A stretch of 37,021 nucleotides of DNA from an uncultured Syntrophaceae bacterium (GCA_964487805.1 CAZAST010000002.1:1-37021), one strand, 5' to 3'. Shown: positions 24,807 through 36,090, counted from the stretch's first letter. Notes: generated by a model not told the origin, from the sequence alone. Made by a program: numbers and translations.

Positions 24807-26027
24807 CTACATCATTTCTTTCTGGCTCAGATCAACCGCGCGATCAATCTCCGCCTGGAGCGGCGCGGGGAGACCGGGGATGTCCACGCTCAGAAACCCC
24901 CGCACGATGGTTGCGGCCGCCTCTTCCTCCGTCATACCGCGCGACATGAGGTAGAGGATTTCTTCCTGCGCTATTTTGCCAACCGCGGCCTCATGTGACA
25001 GCTCGACGCCGTCGACCATTCCCTTCAGTTCAGGGATTGCATGCATGACCCCCCCATTCAGGATGAGGCCGTGACATTCCAAATGTCCCCGCACTCCCGG
25101 CACCTCACCAACGATATCTCCGCGGGAGATAATATTCCCTCCGTTGGTAATGGCCCGCGAGATGATCTCCGCGCGCGTGTCTCTGGCCTTGAGATAGATC
25201 CGCCCGCCCACGTCCAGCTCCGAGCCGGGACTTCCCACAAGGAGGCTGTAAGAACGGGCCACGGCCCCTTTCCCCACAAGGTAGATCGTCGGGTAGGACT
25301 GGACGGACTTGACCGGTTTCATGGAGATATAATTGCTGAGAAAAAGGCCACCCTTCTCGACTATTCCGACCGACCGGGGTCGTACCACCACATCCTCGGC
25401 CCAGTGATGTATCATGGAGAAACTCAGTGTGGCGTTTTTCTTCACGTAATACTCCGAAATCCCCACGTGAAGTCCCCGCGTCACATGCGAGGCGCTGGCA
25501 CACCCGGAGATGATGTGCAGTTCGGAATCTTCCTCGGCGATAATGATATTGTGCACATTCTGATTGAACCCTTCCTTTTCAAGGTAGAGGCATGCTTGCG
25601 CCGGGAGGGTAATCTTTTTACCCGGAAGCGCCCGGATCACGTAGCCGTTCTGGAGATCGAGGCGGGCGCGCGCCGTATATTTGTCGGCATCCACGGAAGC
25701 CAGCTTCCAGTAATACTCCTGTATCCAGGCCATCTCTGCCAGCGCTTTCTTGATGGGGATAATCTCCAGGCCGTCCTGGTGAGAGCTTGAGTGGATTGGG
25801 AATGCATCTTTCTGGATATACGTTCCGGCGCGCTCTCCCTCGCCGATGTCCAGCCCGGCAAGGGCCATTTTCTCCCTGTCGGTTGCAGAAAGCACCCGTA
25901 AATCCTCCATCTCTCCATGCGCGGGGGATTCCAAAGAATAAGCATCCACATCGATGTCCGGTCCGATCGCCGCCTTTTTACCTTTTGCCTCGCGGGCTCT
26001 GTCGTCTAAGCTGCGCATCGTGCACAC
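24807..26027 (-). CDS. sufB: SufB/SufD-family Fe-S cluster assembly scaffold protein
   Basis: 406 aa with a beta-helix-type SufBD C-terminal region (ISRGDIVGE...HLECHGLIL...ELSHEAAVGKI...EEILYLMSRGMTEEEA). It overlaps the end of sufC by 22 nt, or 13 nt if the ATG at 26018 is used. Confidence 0.85.
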   Translation of the reverse strand: MCTMRSLDDRAREAKGKKAAIGPDIDVDAYSLESPAHGEMEDLRVLSATDREKMALAGLDIGEGERAGTYIQKDAFPIHSSSHQDGLEIIPIKKALAEMAWIQEYYWKLASVDADKYTARARLDLQNGYVIRALPGKKITLPAQACLYLEKEGFNQNVHNIIIAEEDSELHIISGCASASHVTRGLHVGISEYYVKKNATLSFSMIHHWAEDVVVRPRSVGIVEKGGLFLSNYISMKPVKSVQSYPTIYLVGKGAVARSYSLLVGSPGSELDVGGRIYLKARDTRAEIISRAITNGGNIISRGDIVGEVPGVRGHLECHGLILNGGVMHAIPELKGMVDGVELSHEAAVGKIAQEEILYLMSRGMTEEEAAATIVRGFLSVDIPGLPAPLQAEIDRAVDLSQKEMM

Positions 26028-26806
26028 TCCTTGTATCCCACTTTCCGGATCTGTTTGAATATTTCCAGCGGATGGCCCTTCCCCGCCACTACGCCGTTAT
26101 AGAGAACCAGCCCTTTATCAGCCGTTACATAGTCCAGGATAAACCCCGTGTGGGTGATTATCAGCCCCATTTTGGACCGGCCTTCAACAATCTTTTTCAC
26201 CGTCTTGAAGGGCGTAGGCACATTTGCCGTTTCGCATTGTTTTGCCGCTTTACATGGTTCGTCATCGGGCCTCCGCTCCAAGAGCGCGTTGATCGTGTTC
26301 CCTATGAGGGAGATATTCTCGAGATCAACGCCGGATTCAGGCTCGTCGAAGAGCACGAGATCGGGGTCCTGAGCCATCAACTGCAGGAGCTCTGACCGCT
26401 TGATCTCCCCCCCCGAGAATCCCACATTGATATCTCGATCAAGAAAATCCGTGAAGTTGACCTTCCCGGCAAGGGCGTCGACATCGATATGGTTGTGTGA
26501 ACACGCTTCGATCATCCGCCGTGTCTTCAGCCCCTGTATACTGGGCGGCCGTTGATACGACATCCCGATCCCGAGCCGCGCTCGTTCATCGATCGTCATG
26601 TGCGTGATGTCTTCTCCCTTGAACATGATCTTTCCGCCGGTTACCTTGTACTGCGGGTATCCCATGATCGTCATCAAAAGCGAGGTCTTCCCCGATCCGT
26701 TCGGGCCGAACAGTATGTGCGTTTCTCCCGGGAGAATCTCCAGATCCACGTTCCTGAGGATCTTCTTGTTTCCCAGTTTTACCTGCAGGTCTTCTATTAG
26801 TAACAT
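26006..26806 (-). CDS. sufC: SufC-like ABC ATPase with a Cys-containing insertion
   Basis: Contains Walker A GPNGSGKTS, signature FSGGEIKR, Walker B LVLFDEPESGVD, and H-loop ITHTG. An extra block of about 35 aa sits between the D-loop and the H-loop, and the protein ends in a CxxC tail (see findings). Confidence 0.85.
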   Translation of the reverse strand: MLLIEDLQVKLGNKKILRNVDLEILPGETHILFGPNGSGKTSLLMTIMGYPQYKVTGGKIMFKGEDITHMTIDERARLGIGMSYQRPPSIQGLKTRRMIEACSHNHIDVDALAGKVNFTDFLDRDINVGFSGGEIKRSELLQLMAQDPDLVLFDEPESGVDLENISLIGNTINALLERRPDDEPCKAAKQCETANVPTPFKTVKKIVEGRSKMGLIITHTGFILDYVTADKGLVLYNGVVAGKGHPLEIFKQIRKVGYKECARCAA

Positions 26807-27231
26807 GATTTTTTCTCCTTCATTCCAAGCAATCTACGGTGCTCTATTCCACCTCTTCGGCATAAAATAAAACGGTTTTTATAATTTCACCACGGCTAAC
26901 GATATATATCTCATTGCAACTGCAACCAAAAAATCATGAGACAAGTTTTCCATTACAATGTTTTTTTGGTCTTTTTATAAGAGTTTGCACACCATGATGG
27001 TTAGAGTTATACCATAACTATCAGACAAAATCATGATAACCATAGTTTATCGCTGAAGAGAGCATGTCGATCCACGCTACGGGTTAACCGTAGCGCGTGA
27101 TTTTTCCATGAGACCACCAAAAGAGATTGTTCGTTGCCTCTATTTATCGCATGCAATGTCTTATGTTTCATTTTACATATGACGGTGTCTGTGATCATCC
27201 CTCGCCTGCACGGACAGATTCGATAAGTAAC

Positions 27232-27720
27232 CTACAGATCGTAAAGCGTTTCATCCACCCGGGGGGTCGGGTGCCGTCCCCTCATTTTGCTCGACCCTTC
27301 CAGGGAAAAGGGATTGTCGTCGTCGAGGAGTTCGCCCATCTCTTCCTCTATCTTCTCGGGGTCTTCCCCCCGTTCCATCCTGCTCAGGGCATCTTCCATC
27401 TCCGGCTTGAGTTTGAGCCCCGTTGCCTCGGAGAGTTTGCGCATCATGGCCGCCGCCTGCCGGGGATCGTCTCCGTCAAATCCCTCTGCCTCCCTGCCCA
27501 AGGTTTCCATGGCCCGCGCCATTTTTGCCTCGTCGATGGGGGGAAGGTCGTCTTCCATGTCACCCTTCTGACCGGAGACAACGGAGAAGATCGACATCCG
27601 GCGCTCGAGCTTTTTCGTCTTGCACCGCGGGCAGGAGGGGATCTTCTCGGTATTGGCCGATCGTGAAAAGAAGTTATACATGGTGTTGCACCGCGGGCAG
27701 TAAAATTCGTATATAGGCAT
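27232..27720 (-). CDS. FmdB-family zinc-ribbon protein with an acidic C-terminal extension
   Basis: MPIYEFYCPRCNTMY...IPSCPRCKTKKLERRMS is the CxxC-N-CxxC FmdB signature. It is followed by a long Glu/Asp-rich tail. Confidence 0.75.
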   Translation of the reverse strand: MPIYEFYCPRCNTMYNFFSRSANTEKIPSCPRCKTKKLERRMSIFSVVSGQKGDMEDDLPPIDEAKMARAMETLGREAEGFDGDDPRQAAAMMRKLSEATGLKLKPEMEDALSRMERGEDPEKIEEEMGELLDDDNPFSLEGSSKMRGRHPTPRVDETLYDL

Positions 27721-27768
27721 AGATTCTCTCCACTTCTCTGAAAAGATTACGGATGACGCAAAACAGTT

Positions 27769-30591
27769 CTAGTCGCCCCGCGTCGGGAGAACGCTCTTCA
27801 GAAACTTCCCGGTGAGCGACTCTTCGACCTGCGCCACCTTTTCAGGGGTGCCGGCTGCGACGATCCTTCCGCCGTCGTCTCCCCCTTCCGGCCCCATGTC
27901 GATAATGTAATCCGCTGATTTGATCACGTCAAGATTATGTTCGATTACCACGACGGTATTCCCCATGTCCACCAGCCGCGCAAGGACGATGAGGAGCCGC
28001 TCGATGTCGGCGAAATGAAGGCCGATCGTTGGTTCATCCAGGATATAGAGCGTACCGGTGGTCAGGCGTTTGCCAAGCTCGCGCGCCAGCTTGATCCGCT
28101 GCGCTTCGCCCCCGGAAAACGTCGTGGCGGACTGACCCAGTTTGATATACCCGAGCCCCACATCGGAGAGGAGTTGCAGCTTCGAGCGTACCGGGGAGAT
28201 GTTGTCAAAAAAGGCAAGGCCCTGATCGACCGTCATATCGAGAACATCTGCTATGTTAAGCCCCTTGTATCGCACCTCAAGGGTATCTCTGCCGAACCGC
28301 TTTCCCTGGCAGGCGTCGCAGGTGATGTACACATCGGGGAGGAAATGCATCTCGATCTTCTTGACTCCTTCCCCCTGGCACGCCTCGCACCGTCCTCCTC
28401 TGACGTTAAAGCTGAACCGTCCCGGTTTGTAGCCGCGTACCTTCGCCTCGGGAAGCTGACTGAAGAGGTCGCGGATATGGGTGAGGACCCCCGTGTAAGT
28501 CGCGGGGTTCGACCGGGGGGTGCGTCCTATCGGCTGCTGATCCATGGTAATAACCCGTTCTATGCCTCCGAAATCCCGTATTCGTCCTATCCGGCCTGAT
28601 TTGCCCCGGTACTTGTTCAACCGGCGGCGGAGCACCTTGTACAATGTTTCGATCACCAGGGTGCTCTTTCCCGATCCCGAAACGCCCGTCACGCACGTAA
28701 AGGCATTGGTGGGGATCCGGATATCAATATCCTTGAGGTTGTTCTCCGATGCCCCCTCGATAACGATGAATCGCTCGGAAGAAGGTCTTCGCTGTTCCGG
28801 AACAGGGATCGACAGTCTGCCTGAAAGGTACTTCCCCGTGAGGGAGACTTCCGATCGACGGATTTCTTCAGGAGATCCCTGGAAGACGATTTTTCCCCCC
28901 TGTACCCCCGCCCCCGGGCCGACATCGATGATATCATCGGCCGCGTTCATGATATCCGTGTCGTGTTCAACCACCAGGACCGTATTCCCCATATCGCGCA
29001 GTCGTTTCAGTGTGGACGCAAGGCGCGCGCTGTCCCGCGGATGAAGTCCGATGGTAGGCTCATCCAGGACATAGAGAACACCGACCAGCCCCGAGCCGAT
29101 CTGCGTGGCGAGACGGATCCGCTGCGCCTCCCCGCCCGAAAGGGTACCCGACGCCCGGGAAAGACTCAGATAGTCGATCCCCACGTCGATGAGAAACTGG
29201 AGCCGCTCCCCTATCTCCTTGCGGATCCGTTCCGAGATGAGGGAACCGGTACGCGACTGGGAGAGGGTTTCGAAAAAACGCATGCATTCCCGGATCGACA
29301 GCCGGCAGACCTCGTCGATATTTTTTCCGCCCACCGTTACGGAGAGGCTTTCCCGTTTCAGTCGCGCCCCTCCGCAGGCCGGGCAGTCGCTGATATTCAT
29401 ATACCGGGCGAAATCCATCCGGCTGTTGCCGGCGCCGTCTTCCCGGTATGCCTCCTCCAGTTTTTCGAGGATACCGATGAAGCGTCTCTGGTAGAAATGT
29501 CTTCTCCCGCTCCTGTCGAAGTAGAAACCGATCTTCTCATCCCCCGAACCGTGCAGCAGCACGTGCTGCACCCGCCCGGGGAGCTTGTTGAACGGGGTGT
29601 TGATGTCGAATCCGTAGTGGCTGGAGAGGGCGTCGAGCATCTGGTGAAAGTAGATGGAATCCTTGTTTTCCCACGGGGCGATGGCTCCCTCGCGAATGGA
29701 GAGGCCGGGATCGGGAACGACAAGGTTTTCGTCGAAATGGATCTGTGTCCCCAGTCCGCCGCACACGGGGCATGCCCCGTAGGGGCTGTTGAAGGAAAAC
29801 ATCCTCGGAGCAAGTTCGGGCATGCTGATGCCGCATTCGGGGCAGGCGTAATTCTGGCTGAAGAGCATCTCCTCGCCATCGATAATCTGGATGCCTGCCA
29901 ACCCCCCCGATAGACCGAGGGCGATCTCCAGCGAATCGCGCAGTCGCTTCCCGATGCCGGCCTTGACAATCAGCCGGTCAACCACCACCTCCAGGTCGTG
30001 GCGCTTATTCTTGTCCAGGGCGATCTCCTCAGCGAGATCCCGTATCGTCCCGTCGACGCGGACACGGGCAAACCCCTCCTTGCGCAGTCTCCCGAACTCT
30101 TTCTGAAACTCCCCCTTTTTGCCTCTGATCATCGGCGACATGACGTTGAGCTTTGTCCCTTCGGGGAGTGATTGGACCCGGTCTGCCATCATATCGATGG
30201 TCTGGGCCTCGATCGTTTTCCCGCAGTTGTAGCAATGGGGAATCCCCACCCGGGCGAAAAGGAGGCGCAGGTAGTCATATATTTCGGTAACGGTCCCCAC
30301 GGTCGAGCGGGGATTGCGGCTGGCGTTTCGCTGTTCAATGGCTATGGCGGGAGAAAGGCCCTCTATGGATTCGACATCCGGTTTGTCCATCTGTCCGATA
30401 AACTGGCGCGCGTAGGTGGAGAGTGATTCCACGTACCGCCTCTGTCCCTCGGCGTATATGGTGTCAAAGGCGAGAGAAGACTTTCCGGAACCGGAGACGC
30501 CGGTTATGACGACAAGTTTGTCTCGCGGGATATCAAGACTGACATGTTTCAGGTTGTGCTGGCTCGCACCCCGTATCTTTATCTGGTTCAT
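27769..30591 (-). CDS. uvrA: excinuclease ABC subunit A
   Basis: 940 aa. The N-terminus is [50 protein letters not shown]. It has two ABC modules and zinc-finger Cys motifs. Confidence 0.97.
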   Translation of the reverse strand: MNQIKIRGASQHNLKHVSLDIPRDKLVVITGVSGSGKSSLAFDTIYAEGQRRYVESLSTYARQFIGQMDKPDVESIEGLSPAIAIEQRNASRNPRSTVGTVTEIYDYLRLLFARVGIPHCYNCGKTIEAQTIDMMADRVQSLPEGTKLNVMSPMIRGKKGEFQKEFGRLRKEGFARVRVDGTIRDLAEEIALDKNKRHDLEVVVDRLIVKAGIGKRLRDSLEIALGLSGGLAGIQIIDGEEMLFSQNYACPECGISMPELAPRMFSFNSPYGACPVCGGLGTQIHFDENLVVPDPGLSIREGAIAPWENKDSIYFHQMLDALSSHYGFDINTPFNKLPGRVQHVLLHGSGDEKIGFYFDRSGRRHFYQRRFIGILEKLEEAYREDGAGNSRMDFARYMNISDCPACGGARLKRESLSVTVGGKNIDEVCRLSIRECMRFFETLSQSRTGSLISERIRKEIGERLQFLIDVGIDYLSLSRASGTLSGGEAQRIRLATQIGSGLVGVLYVLDEPTIGLHPRDSARLASTLKRLRDMGNTVLVVEHDTDIMNAADDIIDVGPGAGVQGGKIVFQGSPEEIRRSEVSLTGKYLSGRLSIPVPEQRRPSSERFIVIEGASENNLKDIDIRIPTNAFTCVTGVSGSGKSTLVIETLYKVLRRRLNKYRGKSGRIGRIRDFGGIERVITMDQQPIGRTPRSNPATYTGVLTHIRDLFSQLPEAKVRGYKPGRFSFNVRGGRCEACQGEGVKKIEMHFLPDVYITCDACQGKRFGRDTLEVRYKGLNIADVLDMTVDQGLAFFDNISPVRSKLQLLSDVGLGYIKLGQSATTFSGGEAQRIKLARELGKRLTTGTLYILDEPTIGLHFADIERLLIVLARLVDMGNTVVVIEHNLDVIKSADYIIDMGPEGGDDGGRIVAAGTPEKVAQVEESLTGKFLKSVLPTRGD

Positions 30592-30616
30592 AGATGGTTC
30601 TGAGAATGTTTCGAGA

Positions 30617-31582
30617 CTACAGCCGTGTCTCGATATATGCTTTCTTCCTCACGTCCTCCATCCACTCCTCGAATTTTTTCTTCATTTTTTCGTTCCCTAT
30701 CTTCCCCACGATCTCCTGGCGCACCTCTTCGATGGGCTTGATCCCGGCGCCTCTCCGGTCTATGATTCTGATGATATGGAAGCCGATGGGAGATTCTATG
30801 ACGTCGCTGATCTCCCCTGTTTTCATTCTGAAGGCCGCCTCGTCCACGGCGGGGAACATCATCCCCTTTTCCATGAAGCCCAGATCCCCTCCGGCCCTCG
30901 CGGCGGGACCCTGAGAGTGCATCCCCACCAGCAGGTCGAAGGATTCACCGGCTTTCAGTTTTTTCAGGATCGCCTCTGCCTCTCCCTTCGCTTTTTGTAT
31001 GGTTCGATCTGTTGCGTCCCGGGGCTTCACGATCAATATCTGCTGTATCCTGACGGCCTCTTTCCCTTCGTAATCGTTCCGATGTTTGGCGTAGTACGCT
31101 CCCACCTCTTCATCGGCGACGGACACCTTGGATTTGACAGTTCGTTCTATGAGTTTTCTCCTCAGGAGGTCTCTTCTGATTTCATCCCGATACTCGGCAA
31201 TATCGGCCCCTTCCGCTGCGAGGGTTTCCTCTAATTTTTCATACGTTAATCCCCTGTCCGTCAACAGGCCCTCCAGGGACTTGTCCACATCGTTTTCGGT
31301 CACGGTGATTTTCAGTTTTGACGCCTCCTGCTCAAGAAGAGTGCGATCAATGAGCTGGTTCATGACCGCTTTTCTGGCCTGTGCAGTCACCTCGTTTCGC
31401 TTGGCTCCTTCAGGGATCTTCTCAATCCGCTCCATGACCCGCTCGAGAGCGGTATTCAATTCGGAAAGCGTTATGACGCCATCATTGACAATGGCCACGA
31501 TCCTGTCCTCGGAGGCGGCGTACAATGCAGTCGCACAGACCATGAAAAAGACGGTTGCGAAAAAAGACACTTTTGATTTCAT
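30617..31582 (-). CDS. periplasmic SurA-like parvulin-type peptidyl-prolyl isomerase
   Basis: A signal peptide ([22 protein letters not shown]) is followed by a SurA_N-like region and then a PpiC rotamase domain ([21 protein letters not shown]...[10 protein letters not shown]). Confidence 0.85.
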   Translation of the reverse strand: MKSKVSFFATVFFMVCATALYAASEDRIVAIVNDGVITLSELNTALERVMERIEKIPEGAKRNEVTAQARKAVMNQLIDRTLLEQEASKLKITVTENDVDKSLEGLLTDRGLTYEKLEETLAAEGADIAEYRDEIRRDLLRRKLIERTVKSKVSVADEEVGAYYAKHRNDYEGKEAVRIQQILIVKPRDATDRTIQKAKGEAEAILKKLKAGESFDLLVGMHSQGPAARAGGDLGFMEKGMMFPAVDEAAFRMKTGEISDVIESPIGFHIIRIIDRRGAGIKPIEEVRQEIVGKIGNEKMKKKFEEWMEDVRKKAYIETRL

Positions 31583-31620
31583 ATAATAATCCCCCCGTTA
31601 TTGATAACCATATGACGTTA

Positions 31621-34600
31621 TCAGAATGTTCCCGGTTCTTCAATCTCCAGTTCACTGAGAAGATCCGTGGCCCTGCCAACGATGTCCTCCGCCGCGAGAT
31701 CCGGCATGGACACGATGAGGCGGTTATCGGGCGTGAACCGTATCCCCCCTGATTTTTTCCGCGAGAGAGCGATGATTCTGGACGGGTCCACGGGTGTGTC
31801 TTCGCGAAAGGCGATGCGCATTTCCGTTCCGTTATATTCCATCCGTTCCCCTCGTACCTTCCGAAGCCTGTTTTTGATGCGGATAATATCCAGAAGGGTG
31901 TCCACCTGGGGAGGGACCGGCCCGTAACAGTCGGCCAGCTCTTCTCTGATCGCCGGCAGATCGTCTTCCGACGAAACCATGGCTATCCTCTTATAGGTTA
32001 TCAGCCTGGTATGCGTGTCTCCTATGAAGCTGTCGGGAATAAAAGCGGGGATGCCGAGGTGGATCTCAGGCTCCATCTCCTCTTCGGGATGTCGCTCCCC
32101 TTTGAGTTCCCGGATGGTCTTTTCCATCAGCTCCGTGTAGAGTTCATATCCGATGGCGGAAATGTGACCCGACTGGGACACCCCCAGGAAACTCCCCCCG
32201 CCCCGTATGGTCAGGTCATGTGTTGCCACCTTGAAGCCTGACCCCGGCTCGGAAAATTCGCGGGCGATGGAAAGCCGCTTCCTCGCGTCGCGCGACAGAG
32301 CGGATTCTTCGGGGATGAGGAGATAGGCAAAGGCTTCCTCGTTCCCCCTGCCGACCCGTCCCCGCAGCTGGTAGAGCTGGGAAAGACCAAACCGGTCCGC
32401 TCGGTTGATAATGATGGTGTTTGTCGCCGGTATGTCGACGCCGGAGCTGATAATCGTTGTGCAGACGAGAACGTCGAAGTCCCCGCGGACGAATCCCACC
32501 ATGATATCCTCGAGCTCCTTCGCCTTCATCTGCCCGTGCGCCACGGCTATCTTCGCGTGGGGGGCCAGTTTTTCGACCATGCGCGCCATGCTGTATATGG
32601 ATCGAACCCGATCATGGATGAAGAAGACCTGCCCCCCCCGGTCGAGTTCGCGTTCGATGGCGTTTTTGATGAGGTCCTCGTTGAATTCAAATATGTGAAC
32701 CTCCACGGGGCGGCGCTCCTGCGGAGCGGTATCGATGACTGACAGGTCCCGTATCCCCACGAGCGACAGTTGCAGCGTCCGTGGAATAGGGGTTGCCGTC
32801 AAGGTCAGCACGTCCACGAGGGTCCGGAGTTTTTTGAGTTTTTCCTTGTGGGCAACGCCGAAACGCTGTTCCTCATCGATAACCACCAGGCCGAGGTCCC
32901 TGAATCTGACATCCTTCTGCAGGAGGCGGTGGGTGCCGATAACGATATCCACGAGGCCCCGTTCTATATCCGCCACGATCGTCTTCTGCTGGACGCTTGT
33001 TTTGTACCGGTTCAGGACCTCTACGCGGACCGGGTAACGGGCAAAGCGGCGGGAAAAGGTCCGGTAGTGCTGTTCCGCCAGGATGGTCGTTGGAACCAGG
33101 ATTGCCACCTGCTTGCCATCCATGGTTGCCCTGAATGCTGCCCGCAGCATGACCTCCGTCTTTCCGAATCCGGCGTCGCCGCAGACAAGGCGGTCCATGG
33201 GCTTCGAATCACCCATATCGTCGTAGACGTCTTCGATGGCCCGCGCCTGATCGGGGGTTTCCTCGAACTCGAAGGAGGAGGCAAACTCCTCGTACTCCCG
33301 GCTGGAGATAGAAAAGCTGTGTCCGCTCATCACCTCCCTGGCCGCGTAAATCGAAACCAGCTCCTCGGCTACGGCACGCACCGATTGCTTGACCTTGTTT
33401 TTTACCGATTCCCAGGAGGTGCCCCCCAGCTTGTCCACCTGCGGGATGTGCCCGTCGGGGCCGATGTATCGCTGTATCTGGTTCAGTCGGTCCACCGGGA
33501 TATAGAGGCGATCCGTATCCCGGTATTCCAGAAGGAGAAAGTCGCTTTCCATGTCGCCGAAGGTCAGCCGCTCAAGTCCCTGATACCGGCCGATGCCGTG
33601 ATCCACGTGGACGACGAAATCCCCCCTTTCCAGCTCGCCAAAGGACCTGAGAAAATATCCTTCCCGGGCGCGGCCCCTGCGGCTCCTGCGCGTCTTCTTT
33701 CCGAAGATCTCTTCTTCGCCGACGATGACGGTGCTCAGAGAAGGATACGAAAATCCATTGGTTATTTTTCCCTCTCTGAGGATGAGGCTTCCTCCGTCAC
33801 CATCCGCATAATCGGCGAGGAAGGGGTTCTTCGATCGGCGCAGGGGGAGAGCGTATTCGTCCAGGAGATGCTCCATCCGGGGAACGTTCCCCTCTACGCA
33901 GAGAAAGTGCACCTGAAGCCCTTCACCGACCCACGACCTGATCCTGTCCGCCAGGGGGGCAAGGATGCCATCTTCCCCCGCGTGAGGGGCGGAGGCCGTT
34001 TCAATCCGTATTTGTTCCACCTCAAAGGGGATCGGGGCCTCGGCCTGCAGGCGATCACTGTATATGAGGCGAAAGGCGCTCGACCTCCGGGAGATTTCTT
34101 CCCATGATGTGAGGAAACGATCCCTTTCAAGAAAGAATCTTCCCTCTTCTTCGGCCTTCCGAATAATCCGGTCCGTGCCGTTCAGGGCCGTCTCGGCTGA
34201 CTGTTCCATGACGGCCGGACTGTCGCAGATGATCAGCGTGTCCTCGGGGAGATACTCAAAGAGGGTGTCCAGACCATGTCCATCGTCCCCGCTATCCGGA
34301 TCCCCGTAGAACAGGGGGAGAAACTGAAGATTCGCCACGGGCAGGAGGCCGCTTTCAATGGTGTCGATCAGCCGCTCTCTACGCGTCCGTGAAATGTCCA
34401 GTTCGTTCAGTCTGACCCGCAGATTCCTCAGCACCCGAGCCGTGCGGTCCCCGGACAGAATCAGTTCACCTGCAGGGGACAGAACAAAGTCCACCACCTC
34501 CCGCAGCGATCTCTGATTTGCGGGATCGAACTCTCTGATCGATTCGATTTCATCACCGACGAATTCCATCCTGAAAGGGAAGGAGTACGCCGGGGGGAAG

Positions 34601-35157
34601 ATATCGACAATATACCCCCGCAGGCTGAATTCCCCCCTCTTTTCCACCAGGGGAACCCGCTCATACCCGCCTTCTCTCAGAGTGTGCGCGAGGAGATCCC
34701 GGTCTCTCGTGTCTCCGATCGAAATGGTCTCCATACAGCTTTCGAAGATTCCCCTCGGGGCGACCCGCTGTATCAGAGCGTTCAGGGAGGCGACAATAAG
34801 ACCTGATCTCCCCGACAGCAGGCTCGATAAAACACCGGCCCGTCCAACGGCAATCTCCATCTGTCGGGAAAGAGTGTCGTCCGGGGGAATGATGTCCCAC
34901 GGGGGAAAAAGCAGGACATCCTCTCCGTCGAGAAAGAAGGAAAGATCACGGTAGGCGTCGAGGGCATCCCTCACGGAAGGGGTTATAGAAAGGATCGTTT
35001 TATTTGTGTGTTTGAGAAGAAGTGATGCGGCAAATGCCCTTGCGGACCCCTGAAGGCCGCAGATATCCACCGGATTGTCTCCCCGACGGATCTTCTCGAT
35101 GAGCGCGCGAAGGGAGGAATCCCCGATCAGGGAATCTTTGTATATTCGTTTCCTCAC
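31621..35157 (-). CDS. mfd: transcription-repair coupling factor
   Basis: 1178 aa with a UvrB-homology N-terminus, a CarD-like domain (GDFVVHVDHGIGRY), and a superfamily-2 helicase core (CGDAGFGKTEV, DEEQRFGV). Confidence 0.97.
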   Translation of the reverse strand: MRKRIYKDSLIGDSSLRALIEKIRRGDNPVDICGLQGSARAFAASLLLKHTNKTILSITPSVRDALDAYRDLSFFLDGEDVLLFPPWDIIPPDDTLSRQMEIAVGRAGVLSSLLSGRSGLIVASLNALIQRVAPRGIFESCMETISIGDTRDRDLLAHTLREGGYERVPLVEKRGEFSLRGYIVDIFPPAYSFPFRMEFVGDEIESIREFDPANQRSLREVVDFVLSPAGELILSGDRTARVLRNLRVRLNELDISRTRRERLIDTIESGLLPVANLQFLPLFYGDPDSGDDGHGLDTLFEYLPEDTLIICDSPAVMEQSAETALNGTDRIIRKAEEEGRFFLERDRFLTSWEEISRRSSAFRLIYSDRLQAEAPIPFEVEQIRIETASAPHAGEDGILAPLADRIRSWVGEGLQVHFLCVEGNVPRMEHLLDEYALPLRRSKNPFLADYADGDGGSLILREGKITNGFSYPSLSTVIVGEEEIFGKKTRRSRRGRAREGYFLRSFGELERGDFVVHVDHGIGRYQGLERLTFGDMESDFLLLEYRDTDRLYIPVDRLNQIQRYIGPDGHIPQVDKLGGTSWESVKNKVKQSVRAVAEELVSIYAAREVMSGHSFSISSREYEEFASSFEFEETPDQARAIEDVYDDMGDSKPMDRLVCGDAGFGKTEVMLRAAFRATMDGKQVAILVPTTILAEQHYRTFSRRFARYPVRVEVLNRYKTSVQQKTIVADIERGLVDIVIGTHRLLQKDVRFRDLGLVVIDEEQRFGVAHKEKLKKLRTLVDVLTLTATPIPRTLQLSLVGIRDLSVIDTAPQERRPVEVHIFEFNEDLIKNAIERELDRGGQVFFIHDRVRSIYSMARMVEKLAPHAKIAVAHGQMKAKELEDIMVGFVRGDFDVLVCTTIISSGVDIPATNTIIINRADRFGLSQLYQLRGRVGRGNEEAFAYLLIPEESALSRDARKRLSIAREFSEPGSGFKVATHDLTIRGGGSFLGVSQSGHISAIGYELYTELMEKTIRELKGERHPEEEMEPEIHLGIPAFIPDSFIGDTHTRLITYKRIAMVSSEDDLPAIREELADCYGPVPPQVDTLLDIIRIKNRLRKVRGERMEYNGTEMRIAFREDTPVDPSRIIALSRKKSGGIRFTPDNRLIVSMPDLAAEDIVGRATDLLSELEIEEPGTF

Positions 35158-35178
35158 GCAAAAAGTCTGCTTGCAATG

Positions 35179-36090
35179 CTACTTCGACGCCTTCAGCATC
35201 CGGCCGAGGGCACGGCGAGCGGGTTCTCCGATTTCTTCGGGCACCCGAACGACATGCTTCATCTCGAGCAGGGCGCTCAGGATATCATCGATAGTCATGC
35301 GCTTCATATCCCGGCAGATGAGGTGATCCGACGCGGGGATGAACGTCTTGCCGGGGCTTTCCTTCTTCAACTGGTGCATGATCCCCTGCTCCGTCCCGAT
35401 AATGACCTCCTGCGCATCGGTCTCGCGGGCGAATTTCAGAATCCCCCCCGTGCTCCCCACGAAGTCCGCCATGGCTATGACCTCCGGGCGGCATTCGGGA
35501 TGAACGGCCACCGGTGCCCCGGGATGGGCGGCCTGCGCCTTACGCACCTCTTCCGGCTCCAGGTTGTTGTGGACATAGCAGAACCCCTTCCACGGGATCA
35601 CCTTCTTTTTCGTAAATCGTGCCGTGTACCGTGCGAGATTTCCGTCAGGCACCATCAGAACGGTATCCGCGTCGGTGCTCTCAACAATGCGCACGGCGTT
35701 GGCCGAGGTACAGCATATGTCGCTGTGGGCCTTGATTTCCGCCGATGAGTTGACGTATGCCACCACCCGAGCTCCGGGATGGTCGGCTTTTGCCTGTCTC
35801 AATTCTTCCACGGTGATCGTATCCGCGAGGGGGCATCCCACGTCGGGGCGGGGGAGAAGGACCGTCTTCTTCGGCGACAGAATAGAGGCGCTTTCCGCCA
35901 TGAACCGCACCCCAGCGAAAACGATAACGTCCGCAGCCGTCTCGGCAGCTTCCATGCTGAGAGCAAGAGAATCCCCCAGTATGTCCGCGATATCCTGAAT
36001 CTCGCCGGGCTGGTAGTAATGGGCCAGAAGAATGGCATTGTTGTCATCAAGCAGCGTTCGGATCCGCCCCTGTTTTTCCAGGATGTTCAT
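35179..36090 (-). CDS. nadA: quinolinate synthase
   Basis: The ATG at 36090 (MNILEKQGRIRTLLDDNNAILLAHYYQ) is preceded by GGGAGA 5 nt upstream and gives 303 aa. The track start at 36141 adds 17 unlikely residues. Confidence 0.9.
   Translation of the reverse strand: MNILEKQGRIRTLLDDNNAILLAHYYQPGEIQDIADILGDSLALSMEAAETAADVIVFAGVRFMAESASILSPKKTVLLPRPDVGCPLADTITVEELRQAKADHPGARVVAYVNSSAEIKAHSDICCTSANAVRIVESTDADTVLMVPDGNLARYTARFTKKKVIPWKGFCYVHNNLEPEEVRKAQAAHPGAPVAVHPECRPEVIAMADFVGSTGGILKFARETDAQEVIIGTEQGIMHQLKKESPGKTFIPASDHLICRDMKRMTIDDILSALLEMKHVVRVPEEIGEPARRALGRMLKASK

Noticed and set aside
32770-34107. 445-aa plus-strand ORF, together with similar ORFs at 28963..29913 and 25041..25790
   Set aside because: These are antisense to mfd, uvrA and sufB respectively, all of which are confidently identified. 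They are shadow ORFs.
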